A stretch of DNA of 64,000 nucleotides from Chitinivibrionales bacterium (GTDB lineage: Bacteria; Fibrobacterota; Chitinivibrionia; Chitinivibrionales; WJKA01), in NCBI GenBank assembly GCA_038247415.1, contig JBBRUX010000009.1:35498-99497 (forward strand). The letters are read 5' to 3'. A program made the position numbers and the translations under genes. Below are positions 57,375 through 64,000 of the stretch, one piece after another (position 1 is the stretch's first letter; every line of letters begins with the position of its first letter). The notes under the pieces were generated by a model. That model searched no databases and was not told the origin of the DNA. It was given only the letters and a program-made list of their open reading frames with translations.

Positions 57375-57677
57375 ATGCCTACGTACGAGTATAAATGCAA
57401 GACCTGTGGCGATGCTTTTGAAGAGTATCAGTCGATCAAAGCAGATCCGCTAACTCAGTGTAAAAAAGAAGGCTGTGCGGGTCCTGTTGAGCGATTGTTT
57501 TCTGCGGGAGCCGGGTTCCTTTTTAAAGGAAGTGGCTTTTATATAACCGATTATCGTTCCGATTCGTATAAAAAAGGTGCTAAAGCAGATTCATCGGGTG
57601 GTGCTGCTCCTGCAGCTTCCACGCCATCTTCTACGCCCGCTGCATCTGCACCATCATCGACTCCTTCTGCATCGTAA
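57375..57677 (+). CDS. FmdB-family zinc-ribbon protein
   Basis: MPTYEYKCKTCG..C...C..FKGSGFYITDY. Confidence 0.92.
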   Translation: MPTYEYKCKTCGDAFEEYQSIKADPLTQCKKEGCAGPVERLFSAGAGFLFKGSGFYITDYRSDSYKKGAKADSSGGAAPAASTPSSTPAASAPSSTPSAS

Positions 57678-57710
57678 TTCATTTTTTCTCTGGATCGGAT
57701 ATGCCTGTAT

Positions 57711-58823
57711 ATGTTTATTGATGAAACGCGAATCGAAGTAATTGCAGGCGCCGGAGGAAATGGATGCTTTGCTTACGAACGGCTTAAGTTTCGACCCTAT
57801 GGACCTCCCGCTGGGGGTAATGGCGGTAAAGGTGGAGACGTTTACTTTTGCGCTGATTTTCATCTGCTTACGCTTCAAGACGCTGCTTACCATAAAAAAT
57901 ATCAGGCAGTACGCGGGGATCATGGATCTGGTTCAAACAAGTTTGGCCGAAAAGCAGGCGATGTTGTAATTCCCGTCCCCATTGGAACGCTTATTTACGA
58001 TGGCGAATCAGGCATATTGCTTCACGACTGTATCCAAGAAAACAAACCGATACTCATTGCTCGTGGAGGCCGGGGTGGCCGGGGAAATGCTGCGATGCGT
58101 ACCCGAAAAAATCCTAACCCCGAGTTTGCAGAAGAAGGAAAGCCTGGCGAGATTAAAAAGCTTCGGCTTGTATTAAAGGTACTTGCAGATGTAGGTCTTG
58201 TGGGTCGTCCCAATGCCGGAAAGTCAACCTTTTTATCCACTATTTCTCGCGCTCATCCAAAAATTGCCGATTACCCATTCACAACAACGGCGCCGCATTT
58301 GGGTATTATCAAGTCGGCAGATGGATATCAAAGTTTTGTGGTTGCCGATATCCCCGGTCTTATCGAAGGTTCACATACCGGGAAAGGCCTGGGCATTCGT
58401 TTTTTGCGCCATATAGAACGTACCAAAATACTTGCTATAATGGTAGAAGCAACCAGCGAAGATCCACAGGCAGATGCCGACGTGTTGCTTGCAGAACTGG
58501 CAGCCTATTCTCCTCTTTTGGCTCAAAAACCATGTTGCTTCATTCTTACCAAAGCAGATATATTCCACGTTGACGAAAAACCTTCCCTCCCGCCCAAATG
58601 GTTTGTCATGTCATCGCTGTCTAAGGTAGGTGTTACCGATGTCTTGAGGGAATTTGAACGCCTTATTATTGCCGAACGAGGCAAGGTTATTGAAAACACG
58701 GCGGTGTTTGATTTTGATTCTATCTCGTTTGTAAAAAATGCAGGGAAAGATGAGGATATAGAAGAAAAAGAAAAAGAAAAAGAAAAAGAACAAGAACAAG
58801 AACAAGAACAAGAAATAGAATAA
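57711..58823 (+). CDS. obgE: GTPase ObgE/CgtA
   Basis: MFIDE, Gly-rich Obg fold, GRPNAGKST, ADYPFTT, DIPGLIEG, TKAD. Confidence 0.97.
   Translation: MFIDETRIEVIAGAGGNGCFAYERLKFRPYGPPAGGNGGKGGDVYFCADFHLLTLQDAAYHKKYQAVRGDHGSGSNKFGRKAGDVVIPVPIGTLIYDGESGILLHDCIQENKPILIARGGRGGRGNAAMRTRKNPNPEFAEEGKPGEIKKLRLVLKVLADVGLVGRPNAGKSTFLSTISRAHPKIADYPFTTTAPHLGIIKSADGYQSFVVADIPGLIEGSHTGKGLGIRFLRHIERTKILAIMVEATSEDPQADADVLLAELAAYSPLLAQKPCCFILTKADIFHVDEKPSLPPKWFVMSSLSKVGVTDVLREFERLIIAERGKVIENTAVFDFDSISFVKNAGKDEDIEEKEKEKEKEQEQEQEQEIE
58764..58823 (+). repeat. Hexamer tandem array forming the 3' end of obgE
   Basis: (GAAAAA)x4 (GAACAA)x4 GAAATA GAATAA encoding (EK)4(EQ)4EIE*. Confidence 0.9.
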
Positions 58824-58828
58824 GATTT

Positions 58829-59043
58829 TGGGCGTTCCAGCTTCGCTGTCCCTCCTCCTCCATGCACTTGCTTCGCAAGCCGGTACAAAAATCCTTGCGG
58901 CGCAAAGCGCCTGAGTCTTTTTGCACTGAGGGGTGTCACTGCCGTTTCCCCCTTCACATTCCGTCCTCCCTAACGTGATTGACAGACCGGCTTGCGAAGC
59001 AAGAGCACGTAAGAAGTGCCGACGGTGGCAACCGTGGCGCCCA
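58829..59043 (-). other. 215-nt GC-rich structured intergenic element (candidate ncRNA or REP/MITE-like unit)
   Basis: TGGGCG/CGCCCA ends; perfect 18-bp inverted repeat 58867-58884 with 58986-59003; internal hairpins. Confidence 0.65.
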
Positions 59044-59204
59044 GATGCAATATCTGAAACATTTAGAAGCCAGGAACCCAAACTTTGACATATACTTAAA
59101 TAAAAAAAACTCCTATCTTCCCCGGTTTTTAGATATACTTATTAGATAAAGGCACTTCTGTTCGCCGACCAAGATAGTACAGCATAATGTGTTAGAAAGT
59201 TTAT

Positions 59205-60650
59205 ATGCACCAGATAAAAAGTATGCAACTAGTTATTGGTAGAATACTTTGCGTAATTCTTATGATTACGAGCGTAAATTTTGCAGCTTCAGTTGTATCT
59301 GTTAAGCAAAATGGTACTGGGTTTGCGCTTATTCGTAATGGACAGCCGTATTACATTAATGGAGCAGGGGATAAATACCGGATGTACGAAATTCCGCTCA
59401 ATGGGGGCAATTCGGTAAGAACATGGGGCACCGATGATAAAATTTTGGATAGCGCTGCTGCACAGGGGCTCAGTCTTACCATGGGGATTTGGGATCCTGC
59501 TACTGCTGTTGCGGCTGTCAACAAGTACAAAAACCATGATGCGCTTTTGATGTGGGGTTTGGGTAATGAAATAGAAACGCGAACGGCTAACACTGTTCAA
59601 ATGTGGAAAGATGTCAATGCCATTGCTGTGCAGATGAAAGCAGCCGATCCTAATCATCCCATCATGACTGCGGTCGCTGAGATAGGTGGATCTAAAATAC
59701 AGCAGATTAAGGATAATTTCCCAGCTCTTGACATATTAGGAGTGAATAGCTATGGGGGGCTTGCGAGCCTGGCATCACGGCTTGCAGCAGCCGGATGGAC
59801 CAAACCCTATATCGTAACCGAATTTGGTCCCAAAGGCCCCTGGGAAGTAACAAAAACATCGTGGGGTGTTCCTTTAGAGCCAACGAGTACGCAAAAAGCC
59901 GATTCGTATATTTCGGGTTATACTGGTTCTATTGCAGGTAAAACTAATTGTCTTGGGTCGTATGCATTCTTATGGGGATTTAAGCAAGAAAAAACACATA
60001 CGTGGATGGGAATGTTTTTGCAGCCAGATATTGGCGGTGGCAGAACCGCGGCTGTTGACGCTATGACATTTCTTTGGACTGGAGCGTGGCCACGTGTTAG
60101 GTGTCCGGTTATTGCAGGGAATGGCATTGCCATCGATACAAATTATAATAAGGGTAATCGTACTAGTACCTTTGCTACTGGGTCGACCATTAAATGCAGA
60201 ATAAAAGCAACCGATCCACAAATGCAGCCGCTTGTTATTACGTGGGATCTGCGTCAAGATGCTTCGCTTAATCCAACTTCCGGCGGGGGTGTCGAACCTG
60301 TAAATCCTCCCCTTGCAGGGGCTGTGATTGCAGCCAGCGGGGATAGCGCACTCATTGCGCTTCCTTTAAAAAATGATACTTTGCGCGTACATGTTTATGT
60401 GCATAATGCAAGTGGCTATGCTGCAACTGCAAATCTACCTATTGTTGTTGATTCCCGGGTGTCTATCTCAAAAAGTTCTTTTAATTCTACCGTTTCAGGC
60501 ATCTTTCCCAATAAAATTTCCGGTGAAAGATTCTCTTTTGTTGGCCGGAGGATTTCTTCGAATAGATCTTTGACACAAGGGGTATTCTTTGAAAGCTTAG
60601 GTGGGAATGCGCTTGAGAAAAAGGTTGTTATTGTTCACAATCAAAAATAA
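59205..60650 (+). CDS. Secreted clan GH-A glycoside hydrolase (GH2 TIM-barrel-like) with C-terminal secretion-like tail
   Basis: NGQPYYINGAG, NSVRTWG, WGLGNE, GVNSYG, VTEFG. Confidence 0.88.
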   Translation: MHQIKSMQLVIGRILCVILMITSVNFAASVVSVKQNGTGFALIRNGQPYYINGAGDKYRMYEIPLNGGNSVRTWGTDDKILDSAAAQGLSLTMGIWDPATAVAAVNKYKNHDALLMWGLGNEIETRTANTVQMWKDVNAIAVQMKAADPNHPIMTAVAEIGGSKIQQIKDNFPALDILGVNSYGGLASLASRLAAAGWTKPYIVTEFGPKGPWEVTKTSWGVPLEPTSTQKADSYISGYTGSIAGKTNCLGSYAFLWGFKQEKTHTWMGMFLQPDIGGGRTAAVDAMTFLWTGAWPRVRCPVIAGNGIAIDTNYNKGNRTSTFATGSTIKCRIKATDPQMQPLVITWDLRQDASLNPTSGGGVEPVNPPLAGAVIAASGDSALIALPLKNDTLRVHVYVHNASGYAATANLPIVVDSRVSISKSSFNSTVSGIFPNKISGERFSFVGRRISSNRSLTQGVFFESLGGNALEKKVVIVHNQK

Positions 60651-60675
60651 TATATAAAACCAAAATTCTAGGAGA

Positions 60676-61702
60676 ATGCCTATGAAGAAGTATTTTCGGC
60701 TTTGCATTGCAGTATGTTTAGGTCTGGCTCTGCTTATTCCCACGTGCGCATGGGGCCGGTCGTTGAATGTTGCCTCTCTTTCTGAATTGCAAACAGCTAG
60801 TAATAGTGCTCATTCTGGGGATACACTACTCTTGGCTAATGGGACTTATCAGAGTACTACCTTAACAGTAAGCAAAAATGGAATTGTGGTGCGTGCTGCA
60901 ACCTTAGACAGTGTTTTCGTAATGGCAATAAAAATGTCGCATATGGTAATTTCTTTTTGAATGGATCTGGCGGAATTCGCGTTAAAGAGGCCAATGATAT
61001 TTATTGCTATAACAATTATTTTGAAAAGTCGGGTGTTGGTGGTTCTATGAATGCAGTCACCTTCATGTATGTAAGTCCTAATCTGAACAATATCAATTTT
61101 TTATATAATACTTTTGTCAATTGAGGAGTTATTGATTTGGGGGGTAGTGGTCCAACTAATGCAATATTCGCTCATACTCTTTTTAAAAAGGATGCAAGAG
61201 ATATTTTCTTTAATCCCAATGGAAAAACAACCTGGCTGGGGAATATGTATCAGGGAACACTGGGTATAAGCATTGCATCGGGGATGATTGCAATAGATCC
61301 CAAATTTGCTCTATCGGCAAGGGTTTTTATCAAATTGGATCGGCTAGCCGTGCAATTAATGCTTCGAGCAAGGAGTATCTAAGTATTCTTGATATAACCC
61401 AGGTCGATGATGATCCTCAGGTATTGCTTGATATTGAAGGACAGTCGCGCCCAGCTGATGTAGCCCAAAAGGATGTTGGTTGTGATGAAGTATCTACTGC
61501 TGCCCAAACTAATCAACCCTTAAAACTCTCTGATGTTGGGCCATTGTATCTCTCTGGTGTAAGGGTTGCTCCTTCAACACAATCTTTATCTGCTACCATG
61601 AGCAGTGCAATGGTGAACGCGCATCGTGAATCATTTACGCTCAATGGCCGTTGTATATCAGAAGCGTCGCAACAATCCAGAAAGACTCCCAGACTATCAT
61701 AG
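60676..61702 (+). pseudogene. Polysaccharide lyase family 6 (chondroitinase B/alginate lyase-like) pseudogene
   Basis: GDTLLLANGTY..VRAAT; frame change near 60917 into RNGNKNVAYGNFF..GGIRV; in-frame TGA at 61122; frame change near 61320; DIEGQSRP..DVGCDE. Confidence 0.8.
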
Positions 61703-61879
61703 GCCGTCTCCGGAGCGGCTTTACATCATTGAGCAAATCTGTCAGTCGCCTTGTTTATATTTTAGGTTTCATATTTTTTTGAACTGATATTGCAGCGTTA
61801 TCATGATTTGGTATGATCAAGGACCGTATTCTGCCTTATTAGAAGTGTACCCACCCTTCAGACTCAATACCATCATTTC

Positions 61880-61908
61880 TTGACATGCAACGCCTTGAAT
61901 ACTACTAT
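61880..61908 (+). promoter_or_regulatory. Sigma-70 promoter
   Basis: TTGACA-N17-TACTAT, 48 bp upstream of the ATG at 61956. Confidence 0.75.
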
Positions 61909-61955
61909 TATAGGAAGTTGGTTAAACCCTCAAGTGTAATGAGGAATTTGTACCT

Positions 61956-63653
61956 ATGCAATTTGATGCTAAACAAAAAACGATTCTTGCAGATATCGCT
62001 AAAGATCCTTCATATCCACGAGCAATTTCCGAGTTAAATGCGCTCTATTGGGGAATCGCCCTTGATGGGTTAAGCGATCGCGTGCGCAATGGTGAAGATA
62101 TCGCCCCTTTTCTGAAACAGGAAAAGTCATTTTTTAACAGTGGCCTAGTACGGGAGCTTCGCGAAGATGCTGCTGACATCGAGCGAAAGTTTTTTGAAAA
62201 ACCCGAATTAAATTCTCCTCTGGAGATTGAACTCTATACAGATTGGATACTTGCCGTTGTAGAGAAAATTAAGGAAAATGATCGTGCTCAAACGATCATG
62301 CTAGAAATAGATGCATCTAAAAGAACGCTCGTGCGTCTGCAACGAGACATTGCAGCTCATCAGGAAGAACGTAAAGATCTTCTTGTCAAAGCACTTGGGG
62401 GTGAGCTAGATTCGAGTACTTTACAATGTGTTGGTTCGCTTGTTGAAACAGACAAACGTGCTCTCGAAAATTTGCGTATTAAAAAGGCAATTTCGCGCGG
62501 AGTCTTTTTCCCCGTGAGCGAACGACGTACATTTGTAGAAAAGGAAAACAACCTCAAAAAAGAGGTTGCTCGATATGCAGCGCTTGTTTCTCACATTAAA
62601 AACGATTCCGAAAAAACCGCGCTCAGAACACTCTGTTTAAATATTTCCGAGCTCTTTGAAACGTGTATTGAGCACGAAGAGAAAATACTTAAATATGAAG
62701 CAGAAATTACAGCACTCAAAGATAAGCAGAATGCACTTTCTCCCTTAGAAATTCAGTCGCGCGTAAGAAGCGAAATAGAGTATCTTCGCGATCTTATCCG
62801 CTTGTGCGCAAAACGTCTGCATGGAGAGAGCTGCTCGGTAGTCAGAAAAGGGGATGTGTTTTTTACGCAAAAAGAATTTGCTCAATGTCTGGATCGGGTT
62901 TTAGAATTTGATCCTCGGATATTTCATAATGACAGAGTTTCGTTTCAGGGAAAACCCACTTTTTTGCTTGTTCCCGGCAATGGCAATGCATTGTTTGATT
63001 GGAAGAACAATCGGTTTATTGTGCCTCTTATTCCTCCCGGGGGTAACTTTTTAGGCTCGATTGCTTCGGCGATTATAGAATACCGTATCGACGTTGACGA
63101 AGAAAAAACACTCGTTACTTCGTATAGTAAACTGCCACATTTAAAAGGCGTTAAATCGATACTTCAAATTCGTGCATCATTGACTAAAGACTACCTTGCC
63201 TGGATACTCTCCGAATCCAAGGGGTTCAAGATTATGACAAAGGAAACACGAGCGTGGTTTGAGCATGAAATAGCGCCGGGTAAACTAGACATTTATTGTC
63301 CATTGCAGTATCAATCGTTCTCTCTTTCGTCGGATGATTACCGTAAGCTTTTAGCCGATGTGGAATCGCGCGTTAAAAACGATGTGAATGCAGCTGATTC
63401 TGCCGATTTGTGGGTCGGTAGCATTCTTAATTATCAACAAGGTAATTTTGAGCGGGCTTTCGAATGCATTAAAACCTATGTCGATAAGAATACTATAAAT
63501 ACCTTTGCTTTTTATAACCTCGGACAAATTGCAATGAAAGTGTCTCGCAAAACGGAAGCAATTGCAGGTTTTGCCGAATTCTGCAAGCTTAATCCTCAAA
63601 GTTGGTGGGCAACAGTCACTCAAGATCATCTGCGACGTTTGCAGGGAGGTTAG
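61956..63653 (+). CDS. Hypothetical coiled-coil protein with C-terminal TPR
   Basis: 565-aa ORF, GAGG RBS, helical core, AFYNLGQIAMK..EAIAGFAEFCKLNP. Confidence 0.85.
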   Translation: MQFDAKQKTILADIAKDPSYPRAISELNALYWGIALDGLSDRVRNGEDIAPFLKQEKSFFNSGLVRELREDAADIERKFFEKPELNSPLEIELYTDWILAVVEKIKENDRAQTIMLEIDASKRTLVRLQRDIAAHQEERKDLLVKALGGELDSSTLQCVGSLVETDKRALENLRIKKAISRGVFFPVSERRTFVEKENNLKKEVARYAALVSHIKNDSEKTALRTLCLNISELFETCIEHEEKILKYEAEITALKDKQNALSPLEIQSRVRSEIEYLRDLIRLCAKRLHGESCSVVRKGDVFFTQKEFAQCLDRVLEFDPRIFHNDRVSFQGKPTFLLVPGNGNALFDWKNNRFIVPLIPPGGNFLGSIASAIIEYRIDVDEEKTLVTSYSKLPHLKGVKSILQIRASLTKDYLAWILSESKGFKIMTKETRAWFEHEIAPGKLDIYCPLQYQSFSLSSDDYRKLLADVESRVKNDVNAADSADLWVGSILNYQQGNFERAFECIKTYVDKNTINTFAFYNLGQIAMKVSRKTEAIAGFAEFCKLNPQSWWATVTQDHLRRLQGG

Positions 63654-64000
63654 CATTATTGCCTTCGCTCGCAAAGAAATGTTCGCACTCGGGTTCCTTT
63701 TTTGGACTAAGAATAATCTAACCCCCGAACACAACGAGTATCCTCAAGCAGACTGCTGAGTTTCCTGTTCAACACTTTATTATCGTGTTGATAATATCTT
63801 ATTTCTGTTTAAGTGTATTTTTTATTTTTCGCTGAGCTATTCTTAAAACAGATCCAGAGGCCCACCGTTTCTGAGTTCTTGTCCGTTTTCCCGTTCCAAT
63901 TAAACTAATTTGTTGCTGACGGTGGAGTTCATGGCGCTTAAAAAAAAAGTGAATGGGGAATAGTCGGGCCGATACAAGGCGAACGAGTATCCGAGGAAAC

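Noticed and set aside
58523..59081. Minus-strand ORFs with poly-Phe or SCSCSF runs
   Set aside because: Antisense translations of the obgE hexamer array and the structured element
61122..61124. In-frame TGA as selenocysteine or recoded stop
   Set aside because: It lies in a gene with other frameshifts and a deletion, no SECIS-like hairpin is evident, and TGA ends normal genes elsewhere in the window
63679..63693. ATGTTCGCACTCGGG resembles the 5' part of E. coli 6S RNA
   Set aside because: Its complement is only ~30 nt away, not ~150 nt, so no 6S-sized rod with a central bubble
63916..63936. GGTGGAGTTC as a fluoride riboswitch start
   Set aside because: The downstream conserved AATGAC..CTAC part and P1 pairing are missing
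1..64000. CRISPR array, cas, retron or defence genes
   Set aside because: No regularly spaced repeats and no reverse transcriptase, Cas or recognisable defence motifs were seen by eye

Overview
Gene-dense bacterial chromosomal window with about 55 CDS, 2 tRNAs and no rRNA, CRISPR array, prophage or transposase. PorV-family barrels, T9SS-like C-terminal domains and glycan-active enzymes suggest an FCB-group organism, probably Fibrobacterota (Chitinivibrionia-like); this is inference from gene content only. Housekeeping genes (icd, hisC, hisB, rimO, obgE, maf, suhB, tatD, rodZ, ptsP) are mixed with many signalling genes. The most unusual items are: (1) a ParA/Soj ATPase fused through a hydrophobic segment to an intact M23 peptidoglycan endopeptidase, downstream of a histidine kinase and an Asp-to-Glu pseudo-receiver; (2) a minus-strand envelope cluster with a MuF-motif membrane protein, a PorV barrel carrying a ~430-aa LysM-like/beta-propeller insertion, an M6-like protein lacking its zinc ligands, and a gluzincin-propeller-barrel protein; (3) a 215-nt highly structured intergenic element after obgE; (4) a REP-containing MITE just upstream of a sigma-54-type promoter of a Lol-like ABC operon. 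Two pseudogenes (HAD hydrolase, PL6 lyase) show internal deletions. All family calls are from motif recognition by eye; no searches were run.
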